A stretch of 64,000 nucleotides of DNA from an uncultured virus (IMG/VR IMGVR_UViG_3300029258_004309) (IMGVR_UViG_3300029258_004309); one strand, 5' to 3'. Shown: positions 39,223 to 49,518, counted from the first letter of the stretch. Made by a program: numbers and translations. Notes: a model not told the origin generated them from the letters alone.

Positions 39223-39849
39223 TTACTTTTGCGTCCACAGATCCATTACCTGTTCGGCCATCAGAGCCATGCAGCTCAGGCACATCAGCTCCATGGACTC
39301 TTCTTCGTCGAAGTGCCCGCCCATGTCGCTAGAAGGAGTTCGGCCGTCCGGGGGAAGCGGCTCCATGGTTCCGTAGACGGCGCGGATCATGGGCTCACCG
39401 TCCACGGGTCTTTTGCAGAAGTCGCAGAAGATGGGAACGTCCGGATCCTCTATCTCTTGCGGGTCTGCGGGCTGAAGCCCTAGCTCCTTCCTCACCTCCT
39501 GTATGGCGAACTGGAGCTCGTCGACCAGGCTGCTCCACACGTCGAACGGAAGCATCTCCTCCAAGACCTCCCATTCGTCTTCTCCAACGTCATCCTCCAT
39601 ACCGTCGATCAGGTCGTATGGCTCCTGGTTGGAGACGATGAAGGAGGGGACCATCGGCTCGTCCCCGTTCATCCAGTACTCGCACATGATCGTCAGATCG
39701 AGGTCCACGTACGGGATGACCCCGTCGAGTCGGACCACTTCCCAGCCGAGCGGGATGTCCCTGTCCGATCCTCTGCAGATGTGGCCGGACGGCACGGGGC
39801 TCAGAACAAGGCTTGGGTCTCGGTACCTGTCGGGGAAGGTCATCGCCAT
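39223..39849 (-). CDS. Hypothetical acidic protein with CxxC pairs
   Basis: MAMTFPDRY start with GGAG RBS; CDFC, CLSC. Confidence 0.55.
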   Translation of the reverse strand: MAMTFPDRYRDPSLVLSPVPSGHICRGSDRDIPLGWEVVRLDGVIPYVDLDLTIMCEYWMNGDEPMVPSFIVSNQEPYDLIDGMEDDVGEDEWEVLEEMLPFDVWSSLVDELQFAIQEVRKELGLQPADPQEIEDPDVPIFCDFCKRPVDGEPMIRAVYGTMEPLPPDGRTPSSDMGGHFDEEESMELMCLSCMALMAEQVMDLWTQK

Positions 39850-40439
39850 TGTATCTTCTCCAGTTGGACTCGGGCCCAGCGCTTGTTGACGGTCTCGAGT
39901 CGCGGGTCGGGGGACATCCCGGTCTCCAGGTCCGCGTCCCACATGAGCGTGAGCAGCTCCTCGTAGTCGAGGCCGTTGATGTGCAGGTGGCGGGTGATCT
40001 CCATGCCTTCAGGCAAGGGCATGCCGCCGTACTCCTCGCGGGCGCCCCACTCCAGGCGGAGCAGGTCGTCCTGCAGGTCGTCGGGTTCGGCGGTGATGCC
40101 GACCCAGTTGAAGTCGTCTTGGGGTAGGTAGGGGGAACCCAACCAGTGGCACCACTGGCCTGGCTGCGCGATCTCCATCAGCACCTCGAGGTCCCGCTGG
40201 TTGCAGAACGACGTGATGCCGAAGTTGTCGATCAGCCAGGCCCGCACGCCTCCCAGAGCCCTTCCGGATGGGAGGTAAAAACCAACGATCTCCCACACCC
40301 GGTTGAGGTACTCGACCTTTTCGCCGATGGCGTCGAACATGGGAGCCGTGGTCGGGTCGCCGGGCACGAGTTCGATTAGCCTCGTACCCGGCAACGCCAC
40401 TGGTGGGCTCGCATACACGTTCGCGAGCCCTCCGTTCAT
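39840..40439 (-). CDS. Hypothetical protein
   Basis: 199-aa ORF coupled to neighbours. Confidence 0.55.
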   Translation of the reverse strand: MNGGLANVYASPPVALPGTRLIELVPGDPTTAPMFDAIGEKVEYLNRVWEIVGFYLPSGRALGGVRAWLIDNFGITSFCNQRDLEVLMEIAQPGQWCHWLGSPYLPQDDFNWVGITAEPDDLQDDLLRLEWGAREEYGGMPLPEGMEITRHLHINGLDYEELLTLMWDADLETGMSPDPRLETVNKRWARVQLEKIQWR

Positions 40440-40600
40440 CAGTCGTCGTCTCCTTCCTCGTCCTGGTCGTCGTCCTCGTGCCAGGCTGATTTTTTAGGGT
40501 CGAAGCCGGCCTCCTTGATGTCCTCCTCCCGCTCTCCGAAGAGAGAGGTGAAGGACTCCTGCGCGATTCGGGCCATGTCATTCAGCTTGCTGGTGGACAT
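40439..40600 (-). CDS. Small acidic protein
   Basis: MSTSKLNDM...DDDQDEEGDDD; AAGGAG RBS. Confidence 0.5.
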   Translation of the reverse strand: MSTSKLNDMARIAQESFTSLFGEREEDIKEAGFDPKKSAWHEDDDQDEEGDDD

Positions 40601-40757
40601 CTCAATCTCCTTGTCGGAGGGCCACCTCCTGACCCTCCGGTTAGAGGGGAAGGGCGCGTACTTCGTCCCTTCAAGGCTCTTATGCCTGCGATCACGCACT
40701 CCTTGCCGCCGCTTCAGCCTGCGCGGTACAGTTGCGAGCAGTCCAGAGAGGAACAGG

Positions 40758-43700
40758 ATGGCGTACCTCGACCCGCAGGAAGCCTTCGACCACTTCCAGA
40801 AGAAAGTAGTTGAGGGAGTAGAGCAACAGTTCCCGGTGAAGGGAAAGCAGCGCAGCCTTCACCTGGAGCGTGTGGAAGTTCCGGAGCCCCCTAGCCCGGA
40901 CGACATCAAAGCGCAGCAGCAGGCGAAGATCGACGGCAAGAGCTGGGGCGTGCCCGTGTACGCCCATCTGACCCTCAAGGACAACGCCACCGGCAAGATC
41001 GTGGACAAGCGCAAGGTGCGCGTCGCCGAAGTCCCGATGATGACGAAGCGCTACAGCTACATCGTCGGCGGGCAGGAGTACCAAGTCGACAGCCAGTGGC
41101 AGCTCAAGCCGGGGGCGTACACCCGCCGCAAGCAGAACCAGCAGCTCGAGACGCAGTTCAACACGACGGGCCCCGGTTCCAAAACGTTCCACTTGAACTT
41201 CCACCCCGACAAGAAGCAGTTCACGGTACGGTGGAACAAGGCGGATATCCCGGCGTACCCGATCCTCAAGACGCTTGGGGTCACTGACGAGCAGCTCAAG
41301 AAGTCCTGGGGTGAGGACATCCTCGACGCCAACAAGAACGCCCGCGGAGTGGACGGGGCGCTCGCCGCGCTGTACCGCTCGGATCGGGGGCGCAACCCTG
41401 AGAACATCGAGCAGGCCAAAGAGCATCTGTGGGACACACTCCAAGCGTCGAAGATGGACAAGAGTGCCACGCACATGACGCTCGGTCGTCCCTTCGAGCA
41501 TGTGAATGGCGACGCGCTGCACATCGCGTCCAAGCGCCTGCTCGACGTGCAGCGAGGCGGCGGCGAGGATGATCGTGACAGCCTGGTGTTCAAGAGGCTC
41601 CGTACGGCTGGCGACTTCGCCCTCGACAAGATGAACAGCCAGAAGTGGGCCGTGCAGAACAAGATGGCCAAGAAGCTCGACACGGCGCAGAGCGTGCGCG
41701 ACGTCGTGAAGTTCGAGCACTTGAACACGGCGGTCCACAAGACCTTCAGCGAGAATCAGGCGTCGCGCGTTGCCAGCCAGATCAATCCGCTCGAGATGGT
41801 CAGCTCCTCGATGCAGACCACGGTCATGGGACCGGGCGGCATCCAATCCGAGCACGCCGTCATCGACCAGACGAAGTGGATCAACCCTTCGCAGTTCGGC
41901 TTCCTCGACCCGATCAACACCCCCGAGGGCCCGAAGACCGGCGTCACCCTGCGGCTGCCCATGGGCGTGCGCAAGAAGGGGGACGAGCCCCGCATCGCCT
42001 TGACGAACATGCAGACGGGCAAGACCGAGTTCGTCTCCCCGGGCCGAGCCATGCAGGAGAACGTGCTGCTGCCTGACCAGGTCGAGTGGAAGGATGGCAA
42101 GCCAAACCCGATCAATGGCAAGAAGTCGAAGATCTTGGGGCCGGGCAACGAGCTCCAGGTGGGCGACGCCAGCAAGGCGAAGTACGTCATGCGGCACCCC
42201 ACGCAGGTGTTCAACATCACCTCGAACATGATCCCGTATCTGCATTCGACGCAGGGTAACCGTGCAGGCATGGCTTCTCGCCACCTCGAACAGGCGGTGA
42301 GCCTCGAAGGAAGGCAGGCCCCTCTGGTGCAGGTAGCCACGGGCGCGGGCAAGGGCCCGTACGACACGTTCGAGGGAATGGTCGGGGCCATGTCGGGGCA
42401 CCAGTCCCCCATCGACGGGACGGTGGAGAAGGTCACCAAGGATGGCATCCACATCAGGGGCAAGGACGGGGTCAAGCACACCGTTCAGCTGTACAACCAC
42501 TACCCGCTCAACGACGTGAAGAGCACCATGCACTCCGAGCCGCTGGTCAAGCCCGGCGACGTGGTGAAGAAGGGGCAGCACATCGGGGACACGAACTTCA
42601 CGAAGGACGGCAAGCTGGCCCTCGGCACCAACCTGCGAGTCGCGTACGCCCCGCTCAAGGGCTACAACTTCGAGGACGGCGTGGTCATCAGCGAGTCCGC
42701 GGCGAAGGCCATGAGCTCGGTGCACATGACGAAGCACTCGTTGGCGGTCGAGCCGGACATGAACTTCGACCCCAAGAGGTTCCGTGCGTTGCACGCCGGT
42801 ACCTACAAGACCGAACAGCTCGATAAGGTGGGGGAGGATGGCGTGGTCGCCGTTGGTACCCGGGTCAAGCCCGGTGACCCCCTCGTGCTCGCCACGCAGC
42901 CCTTCAAGATCAAGGATCGAACGGGCATCGGCGCGTGGAAGAAGAACATGTCGGGCGTGCATACCGACAAGAGCGTGAAGTGGGACGGTGACTACGAGGG
43001 AGAGGTCGTTGGCGTGCACCGTAAGGGCAAGAGCGTGCAGGTACACGTGCGCACAGTCGAGCCCATGCAGGTGGGCGACAAGCTCAGCGGCCGGTACGGC
43101 AACAAGGGCATCGTCACCAAGATCCTCGACAACAGCCAGATGCCGCGCACCAAGGACGGCAGCCACGTCGAGGTGATGCTCAACCCGGCAGGCATCCCCG
43201 GGCGCATCAACCCGTCGCAGGTCTTCGAGACCGTGGCGGCGAAGGTGGCCGACAAGACGGGCAAGCCCATCGTCGTGCAGAACTTCAAGCCTCACGTGGA
43301 CCAGCTGCAAGAGATCAAGAACTTGGCCAAGGCGCACGGGGTGAGCGACACCGAGGAGCTGTACGACCCAGAGACCAACCAGAGCCTCGGGCAGATCCTC
43401 ACCGGCAAGCAGTACATGCTCAAGTTGGTGCACCAAGTAGAGAAGAAGGGCGCGGTGCGCTCTGGCATGTCGCTGCCCGGCACGGACCCGGAGTCGTACG
43501 ACCGCAACCTGCAACCCACGGGCGGCGGGCATCACGGCGGGCAGAGCATGGGCTCTCTTGGCATGTACGCCATGCTGGCCCACGGGGCCAAGGCCAACAT
43601 CCGAGAGATGCAGACGTACAAGAGCGAGGGCCCAGACCCCGCGCCGGCGGAGGCCAAGAAGTGGAAGAGTCAGCACAACGAGGTGTGGCAAGCCATCCAG

Positions 43701-46700
43701 AACGGCTCCCCTCTTCCCCCTCCGAAGCCCTCGTTCGCCTTCTCGAAGTTCAACGACTACCTGAAGGCGTCGGGCGTCAACATGGAGAAGAACGGGCATC
43801 GGTTCGTGCTGACGCCGATGACCGACAAGCAGATCAGGGACATGAGCGCCGGCAAGCTGCCGAAGCCGGACCGCAAGCTCAGCTACAAGCTCGACAAGGA
43901 CGGCAACCCTATGCCCGTGAAGGGTGGGCTGTTTGACGAGCGCATCACCGGCGGGCACGACGGCAAAAACTGGTCGCACATCGAGCTCGCTGAGCCCATC
44001 CCGAACCCCGTGTTCGAGGCCCCCGTACGCGCGCTCACCGGGCTGACGCAGAAGCAGTTCAACGATGTCATGGCCGGCCGCGCCGGCGTCACCCCTGGCG
44101 GCGCCTTCACGGACAACCCCCGAGCAGGGCTGACTGGCGGGCACGCCATCAAGAGCATGCTCAAGAAGGTGGACGTGCAGGCTGACCTCGAGCGCGCCAA
44201 GGCCGAGCTCAAGAGCACGCCCAAGACCAAGGTCGACGCCACGCTCAAGAAGGTCAAGTACCTCGAGGCGCTCAATCGGACTGGGCACACGGCTGAGGAG
44301 GCGTACATCCTGCACAACCTGCCCGTCATTCCTCCGAAGCTGCGCCCCGTCTCCATCCTTCCGGACGGCAGCCTCAACGAGGCGGACTTGAACGGGTTGT
44401 ACTCGGACTTCGGCCAGCTCAACGCGCAGATGGGTGACCCCGTCATTCGCAACAAGCTGCCGGAGGAGCGTAAGGCAAACCTGCGGGGCGCTTACTACGA
44501 CGGCGTCAAGGCGCTCATGGGCATCGGCATTGCCCACAAGGACCAGAAGCAGAAGGGCCTGCTCAACCAGATCCACGGCCCTGAGCCGAAGAAGGGGTTC
44601 TTCCAGAAGACGCTGATGAATCGCCGGCAGGACCTGACGATGCGCTCGACCATCGTGCCCGAGCCCTCCCTGGGCTTGGATGAGGTGGGCATCCCAGAGC
44701 ACTACGCCATGGACCTGTTCCGTCCCTTCGTCGTCAAGCAGCTGGTGCAGTCCGGGTCGGCTAAGTTCGACCTCGACGCGCACAAGATGATCAAGGCGAA
44801 CGATCCTCTCGCGAAGAAAGCACTCGAGCGGGTGATGGACGACAAGCCGGTGCTACTCAAGCGCGACCCTGCGCTGCACAAGTACAACGTGCAGGGCTTC
44901 AAACCGCGGCTCGTCGAGGGCAAGGCCATCAAGATCCACCCCCTGACGTGCTCGGGCTACAACGCGGACTTCGACGGCGACACCATGAGCGTGTACGTGC
45001 CCATCTCTCGGGAAGCCGAGGCTGAGGCGCACAAGATGATGCCCTCGAACAACCTGTTCAGCGACTCGACGGGTAAGGTGATGTACCAGCCGACGCACGA
45101 GTCCGCGCTCGGTCTGTACAAGCTCACGCGCGTCGACAAGAAGACGAACAAGACCTTCGCAAACCCGGGTGACGCCATCAAGGCCGCGCAGGCCGGCAAG
45201 ATCGGGGTGACGGATCTGGTCAGCATCAAGGGTACTGGGCAGACGACGGCGGGGCGCCTTCTGGTGGCCGCCGCGCTTCCGCAGGACATGCAGAAGCAGA
45301 TCGTCAACGACCACAAGTTCGTGCTCGACAAGAAGGGCCTCAACACGATGCTCACGACGCTCGCCAAGCAGAGCGGCGGACTTCAGGAGGGGCAGCGCAA
45401 CACGTACGGCCAGTACGTCGACAGGCTCAAGGATCTGGGCAACGGCGCCGCGTCGGGCATGGCCCCCGTTTACTTCGACAAGTCCCCGGGCAACAACGTG
45501 CTCGACCCCAAGAAGCAGCAGTTCGTTCGCATGGACGCGCACACGCTCAACCTGAACGACCTGTCGCCTGACAAGGCCACGCGCGACCGCATCCTTGCTG
45601 ACACGCAGAAGAAGGTGGATGCAGTCGGCAAGATGAGCCTCTCGCAGGCCGAGAAGGATCGGCGTGCGGTCGATCTGTGGACGCAGGCCGACAAGACGAT
45701 GGGCATGGCCCACAAGCGCAAGATGATGCAGAAGCCTAACAACCTCGGCATCATGAACATGAGCGGCGGCAAGCCGAACTGGGACCAGTACAAGCAGTTC
45801 ACCCTGGCTCCGATGCTCGTAACCGACACCTCAGGCAAGACCGTGCCCATTCCCGTCGACAAGAGCTTCAGCGAGGGGCAGGACGTCTCGGGCTACTGGG
45901 TCGGCATGTACGGAGCTCGCATGGGCGCCGTGCGCAAGGTGCAGGAGGTGCAGGAGCCAGGCGTCATCACCAAGGCCATGCAGAACACCACGATGGACAA
46001 CCTCATCGTGGACCACGACTGCGGGACGACTGGAGGAGTGTCGCTCAACGTCCACGACCGCTCCATCGAGGGCCGGCACCTTGCCAGCGACTTCAAGCAC
46101 GGCAAGTTGCACGTGCCGGCGGGTACCGTGCTGAGCCCCGACATCATTGGGCAGATCCGCTCTGTGAAGAAGGACGCGAATCTCGTCGTGCGCAGCCCGC
46201 TCAAGTGCCAGCACGAAAAGGGCATGTGCCAGAAGTGCATGGGCATCGGCCCCGACGGCAAACACTATGAGGTGGGCACGAACGTGGGCGTCATGGCGGC
46301 GCACTCGCTGGGGGAGAAGACGACGCAGATGATGCTCAACTCCTTCCACACCGGCGGCGTGGCCACGGGCCGCAAGGACCCGTTCGAGCAGTTCAAGCAG
46401 CTGGTGAACCTGCCGGAGAAGGTACCGAACGAAGCGACCCTCGCCGTGCGTTCGGGCACCATCACCAAGGTCGAGCCCCACAAGCTGGGGGCGTACGTGT
46501 ACATCGATGGGCAGCCCCACTTCGTCGGCCGTGACCGTGGGGGCAAACCGCTGAACGAGTCGCTTCCGGTCCCCGGCTTCAGCTACGTGCCTTGGCAGCC
46601 GCCGAAGGCAGGGATGAAAGTCAAGGCGGGGCAGATCCTGAGCGACCCCAACCGCACGACGATCAACCCTCACCACCTTCATCAGGCCACGGGCAAGATC

Positions 46701-47168
46701 GACGTCGTGCGCAACCACCTGTCCAACGAGATCTACGGGCTGTACAAGGACCACGGCGTGGACCGCAAGCACGTGGACGTGCTCGTGAACTCCATGACGT
46801 CGACGACGAAGGTTGTGGACCCGGGCGGCTCCGACGTGCTGCGCGGCGAGTACCGCAACACCAACTGGGTCAAGAACCAGAACAAGCTGCTTCGGGCTCA
46901 GGGCCAGCCCACCGTGCAGCATGCTCCGATCCTCAAGGGGATCAACGAGATGCCCCTGCACATGCGCGAGGACTGGATGGCCAAGCTCCAGCACCAGAAG
47001 CTCAAGCAGACCATCCTCGAGGCCGCGGCCACTGGCGGGTCCACCAGCCTGCATGGCCCGCACCCCGTGCCGGGCATGGCCTACGGCGCCGAGTTCGGCA
47101 TGACCTCCAAGGACGCGCTGCGCCCGGGCAAGTCCCACCTCAAAGACGTCGAACCCTACCACTACTGA
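40758..47168 (+). CDS. Phage DNA-directed RNA polymerase, beta and beta' fused in one ~2136-aa chain
   Basis: beta motifs: DPINTPEGPKTG, GNRAGM, GYNFEDG, GDKLSGRYGNKG, MLNPAGIPGRIN, YMLKLVH, GGQSMG. beta' motifs: GLFDERITG, HIELAEP, LPVIPPKLRP, LLKRDPALH, catalytic YNADFDGD (NADFDGD at 44961-44981), CQKC, trigger loop AAHSLGEKTTQMMLNSFHTGG. Confidence 0.95.
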   Translation: MAYLDPQEAFDHFQKKVVEGVEQQFPVKGKQRSLHLERVEVPEPPSPDDIKAQQQAKIDGKSWGVPVYAHLTLKDNATGKIVDKRKVRVAEVPMMTKRYSYIVGGQEYQVDSQWQLKPGAYTRRKQNQQLETQFNTTGPGSKTFHLNFHPDKKQFTVRWNKADIPAYPILKTLGVTDEQLKKSWGEDILDANKNARGVDGALAALYRSDRGRNPENIEQAKEHLWDTLQASKMDKSATHMTLGRPFEHVNGDALHIASKRLLDVQRGGGEDDRDSLVFKRLRTAGDFALDKMNSQKWAVQNKMAKKLDTAQSVRDVVKFEHLNTAVHKTFSENQASRVASQINPLEMVSSSMQTTVMGPGGIQSEHAVIDQTKWINPSQFGFLDPINTPEGPKTGVTLRLPMGVRKKGDEPRIALTNMQTGKTEFVSPGRAMQENVLLPDQVEWKDGKPNPINGKKSKILGPGNELQVGDASKAKYVMRHPTQVFNITSNMIPYLHSTQGNRAGMASRHLEQAVSLEGRQAPLVQVATGAGKGPYDTFEGMVGAMSGHQSPIDGTVEKVTKDGIHIRGKDGVKHTVQLYNHYPLNDVKSTMHSEPLVKPGDVVKKGQHIGDTNFTKDGKLALGTNLRVAYAPLKGYNFEDGVVISESAAKAMSSVHMTKHSLAVEPDMNFDPKRFRALHAGTYKTEQLDKVGEDGVVAVGTRVKPGDPLVLATQPFKIKDRTGIGAWKKNMSGVHTDKSVKWDGDYEGEVVGVHRKGKSVQVHVRTVEPMQVGDKLSGRYGNKGIVTKILDNSQMPRTKDGSHVEVMLNPAGIPGRINPSQVFETVAAKVADKTGKPIVVQNFKPHVDQLQEIKNLAKAHGVSDTEELYDPETNQSLGQILTGKQYMLKLVHQVEKKGAVRSGMSLPGTDPESYDRNLQPTGGGHHGGQSMGSLGMYAMLAHGAKANIREMQTYKSEGPDPAPAEAKKWKSQHNEVWQAIQNGSPLPPPKPSFAFSKFNDYLKASGVNMEKNGHRFVLTPMTDKQIRDMSAGKLPKPDRKLSYKLDKDGNPMPVKGGLFDERITGGHDGKNWSHIELAEPIPNPVFEAPVRALTGLTQKQFNDVMAGRAGVTPGGAFTDNPRAGLTGGHAIKSMLKKVDVQADLERAKAELKSTPKTKVDATLKKVKYLEALNRTGHTAEEAYILHNLPVIPPKLRPVSILPDGSLNEADLNGLYSDFGQLNAQMGDPVIRNKLPEERKANLRGAYYDGVKALMGIGIAHKDQKQKGLLNQIHGPEPKKGFFQKTLMNRRQDLTMRSTIVPEPSLGLDEVGIPEHYAMDLFRPFVVKQLVQSGSAKFDLDAHKMIKANDPLAKKALERVMDDKPVLLKRDPALHKYNVQGFKPRLVEGKAIKIHPLTCSGYNADFDGDTMSVYVPISREAEAEAHKMMPSNNLFSDSTGKVMYQPTHESALGLYKLTRVDKKTNKTFANPGDAIKAAQAGKIGVTDLVSIKGTGQTTAGRLLVAAALPQDMQKQIVNDHKFVLDKKGLNTMLTTLAKQSGGLQEGQRNTYGQYVDRLKDLGNGAASGMAPVYFDKSPGNNVLDPKKQQFVRMDAHTLNLNDLSPDKATRDRILADTQKKVDAVGKMSLSQAEKDRRAVDLWTQADKTMGMAHKRKMMQKPNNLGIMNMSGGKPNWDQYKQFTLAPMLVTDTSGKTVPIPVDKSFSEGQDVSGYWVGMYGARMGAVRKVQEVQEPGVITKAMQNTTMDNLIVDHDCGTTGGVSLNVHDRSIEGRHLASDFKHGKLHVPAGTVLSPDIIGQIRSVKKDANLVVRSPLKCQHEKGMCQKCMGIGPDGKHYEVGTNVGVMAAHSLGEKTTQMMLNSFHTGGVATGRKDPFEQFKQLVNLPEKVPNEATLAVRSGTITKVEPHKLGAYVYIDGQPHFVGRDRGGKPLNESLPVPGFSYVPWQPPKAGMKVKAGQILSDPNRTTINPHHLHQATGKIDVVRNHLSNEIYGLYKDHGVDRKHVDVLVNSMTSTTKVVDPGGSDVLRGEYRNTNWVKNQNKLLRAQGQPTVQHAPILKGINEMPLHMREDWMAKLQHQKLKQTILEAAATGGSTSLHGPHPVPGMAYGAEFGMTSKDALRPGKSHLKDVEPYHY

Positions 47169-47225
47169 TCCTTCAGACTCCTCCTGTTGCTACGCAACAC
47201 TGGCTCTTTTTCTGTCAGAAGAGGA

Positions 47226-47305
47226 TTGAAGTACAGTCGATATTCCCTGACGTTTGACGTGACACGTTAGAGCTCAGGCGAAAACTATCGACTCTTTTAC
47301 TTCAA
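47226..47305 (+). other. Long imperfect hairpin in the AT-rich leader of the early-type gene block
   Basis: Nested pairings TTGAAGTA/TACTTCAA, AGTCGATA/TATCGACT, CCTGA/TCAGG. Confidence 0.5.
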
Positions 47306-47327
47306 GTTTTACACTTTAGGAGGTAAC

Positions 47328-47918
47328 ATGCCCGTCAAGAAGTGGGTGCTCACCGTCGTCAGAGACGGGGAGAAGACCAAGACCAAAGTAGAAGAGAAGA
47401 TGGTCGTCATGGACCAGACCCACGCGGTCGTCCTCAGTCGAGGCGGCAGCACTGGTACGGTCGTCAAGAAGGAGAGAGTCTTTGACGATGCGAAGTCGGC
47501 GCGCATCGCCGCGGCACGAGGCGGCAAGCCTTGTTGGGTATTCGTGGTGACCCGGGAGCACGTCCGCGGGCTCTCCGACAAACCCGAGCGACCCGAGGTC
47601 TTTTACGCCTACGTCTATCCGGCCCCGTTCGGTGGTTGGACCGTGCAGCGGGTCAACGAGAAGAAGGAGCCACTCGGCCGGCCCATCACCGTGTACCACA
47701 TCTCGAGGCACACCCGGGAGAGCGCGGCCCTCAAGGAGATGGCCAGGTGGGTGGCCATGACCCGCCCCGAGCTTCGCAAGTCCCGCAAGCTGCTCGAGCT
47801 GGAGGAGAAGTACATGGACGAGGTCGTCCGGTCCCTTCGCCGCAAGAAGGTCAAGATTCCCAAGCCCGAGAAGACCAAGGGAGTTCGCTGGCGCCCGCGC
47901 GCAAGGAGGACCCGGTAA
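47328..47918 (+). CDS. Hypothetical basic protein
   Basis: Strong AGGAGG RBS; 196 aa. Confidence 0.65.
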   Translation: MPVKKWVLTVVRDGEKTKTKVEEKMVVMDQTHAVVLSRGGSTGTVVKKERVFDDAKSARIAAARGGKPCWVFVVTREHVRGLSDKPERPEVFYAYVYPAPFGGWTVQRVNEKKEPLGRPITVYHISRHTRESAALKEMARWVAMTRPELRKSRKLLELEEKYMDEVVRSLRRKKVKIPKPEKTKGVRWRPRARRTR

Positions 47919-48193
47919 TGCCCGGCTACACCATCATCACCTGTGATGAGGACGGCATCCGGATCGAGCCGAACGTCCCCGAACAGGAGGTCCTCAAGCG
48001 GGTGACCCCGGACGAGGACGGATGCACTTACTATGGCGACGCCATCTTCTACAAGGAGATGCCGAGAGCATCTGACGGCTTCTTCCAGGACCGTGAGCTC
48101 GGCGAAAGGACGGGAGTCTGCATCCTGCGCGGCGCCCAGGTCGTCACTCCCGTGGCCGAGGAGGTCGTCACCAAGTACAGATTGGAGGGCTAG
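47918..48193 (+). CDS. Hypothetical protein
   Basis: TAATG-coupled ORF MPGYTII... Confidence 0.55.
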   Translation: MPGYTIITCDEDGIRIEPNVPEQEVLKRVTPDEDGCTYYGDAIFYKEMPRASDGFFQDRELGERTGVCILRGAQVVTPVAEEVVTKYRLEG

Positions 48194-48481
48194 ATGAAGA
48201 AGATGCTCGTGCTGGCGGTTCTTCTTACCGCCTGTTGCCCAAGTAGAAGGTATCCGGACGACGTCCGCAACGAGTTCCTCGTCGAGTGCGCGCAGGACGA
48301 CATCCCCGTACGGCCGTGCATCTGCGTGCTCGAGGGGTTCGAGAAGCGCTACACGCTCGAGGAGTTCCGGACCATCTCCGTGGGGATGAAGAAGGGCGCG
48401 CCGATGCCCAAGGAGATGGGAGCCATCGTCGATCGGTGCGCCCTCGAGGAGAGAGAACATGACAAGGAAAAGAAGAGGTAA
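48194..48481 (+). CDS. Putative lipoprotein
   Basis: MKKMLVLAVLLTA-C lipobox; additional Cys. Confidence 0.6.
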   Translation: MKKMLVLAVLLTACCPSRRYPDDVRNEFLVECAQDDIPVRPCICVLEGFEKRYTLEEFRTISVGMKKGAPMPKEMGAIVDRCALEEREHDKEKKR

Positions 48482-49109
48482 GCTCGTAGGGTCTGCGGCG
48501 TACGGGCGGTGGGGCAAGAAGTTCAAGAAGATCTTGGCCGAGAGAGGGCTGACCGCTCGGAACGTGTCGGTTGCTTTGGGGCTGGCGCGCCATACCGTCG
48601 GGGCCTGGTTGCTGGGGCGCCAGGGCATCTCTTGGGAGTCGTACATGCAGGTCGTTGAGTGGGAACCCCGGCTTCGTTCTGATGAGCTGGAGCGCCTCAT
48701 CGTCGTGAATACTCCAGCCAAGGGTGGTGGAAGACCCCCAGGCTCAACCAACTCCGTCAGTTCGCCTGACTCTGAGCCCAAGGAAGAAGAGGAAGTACGC
48801 ACAGAAGCCCCCGGTCTCGCCGTGTTTTGGCCTCATGCCCAGTACCCGTACTTGCTTTGGGGCACCGGGACCAAGTTCGAGGGCCTGTACGCTCGGGTGG
48901 AGGAGTACGGGAACAGTACCTTCCTACCCGTCGCCGTCATGGAGAGGAAGACCGGCGAGGAGTTCTCTCATGTGCTGACCAGGTTGGCGCAGGAGCGCAA
49001 GGAGGCGCTCAGGGCCGTGGGACATGAGTACGACGAGAAGCTGGCGGAGGCCTTGGGCGACATGCGTCTGTCCCTCAACCGAAGGTCGAAGGCCATTACA
49101 AGGAGCTGA
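48459..49109 (+). CDS. XRE-type helix-turn-helix protein
   Basis: LAERGLTARNVSVALGLARHTVGAWLLGRQGIS. Confidence 0.6.
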   Translation: MTRKRRGKLVGSAAYGRWGKKFKKILAERGLTARNVSVALGLARHTVGAWLLGRQGISWESYMQVVEWEPRLRSDELERLIVVNTPAKGGGRPPGSTNSVSSPDSEPKEEEEVRTEAPGLAVFWPHAQYPYLLWGTGTKFEGLYARVEEYGNSTFLPVAVMERKTGEEFSHVLTRLAQERKEALRAVGHEYDEKLAEALGDMRLSLNRRSKAITRS

Positions 49110-49111
49110 AC

Positions 49112-49363
49112 ATGCCGACTGACAAGGACTTCGAGGACTATGACCTCGACGAGAAGGCCGTCGTCACCTGCGACGAGGTCTACTGTGAGAAGGAGACGGA
49201 CCTGGCCCTTCTCATCGTTTTCGACACCAACGACGACGGCTCGCAGGATTCGACGTGGATCCCCAAGTCCTGCGTGCACGACGACTCCGAGGTCTATCAG
49301 GAGAACCAGGCCGGGCTACTCGTCGTCAAGCGCTGGAAGGCGGAGAAGGAGGGCTGGGCATGA
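49112..49363 (+). CDS. Small acidic hypothetical protein
   Basis: ETDLALL...WIPKS motif common in small phage proteins. Confidence 0.6.
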   Translation: MPTDKDFEDYDLDEKAVVTCDEVYCEKETDLALLIVFDTNDDGSQDSTWIPKSCVHDDSEVYQENQAGLLVVKRWKAEKEGWA

Positions 49364-49518
49364 TGGACCACCAGTTCGAAGAGCTCCAAGGGGAGCAGGG
49401 CTGTACTGACGAGACGCTGCTCCAGCTCCTTCTCGACTACGTCAATGAGCACAACCTGAACGAGTCCGTGGGCGAGTACCTCGAGCACCGGGCGCGGGTG
49501 GAGAACAATGAAGTCTGA
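49360..49518 (+). CDS. Small hypothetical protein
   Basis: Coupled ORF MMDHQFEEL... Confidence 0.45.
   Translation: MMDHQFEELQGEQGCTDETLLQLLLDYVNEHNLNESVGEYLEHRARVENNEV

Noticed and set aside
40692..44783. 1363-aa minus-strand ORF
   Set aside because: Antisense shadow of the RNA polymerase gene
40758..47168. Inteins in the RNAP, or a bacterial rpoBC locus
   Set aside because: No intein-sized insert or HN/C junction seen; no ribosomal protein genes nearby; the protein is reduced and divergent
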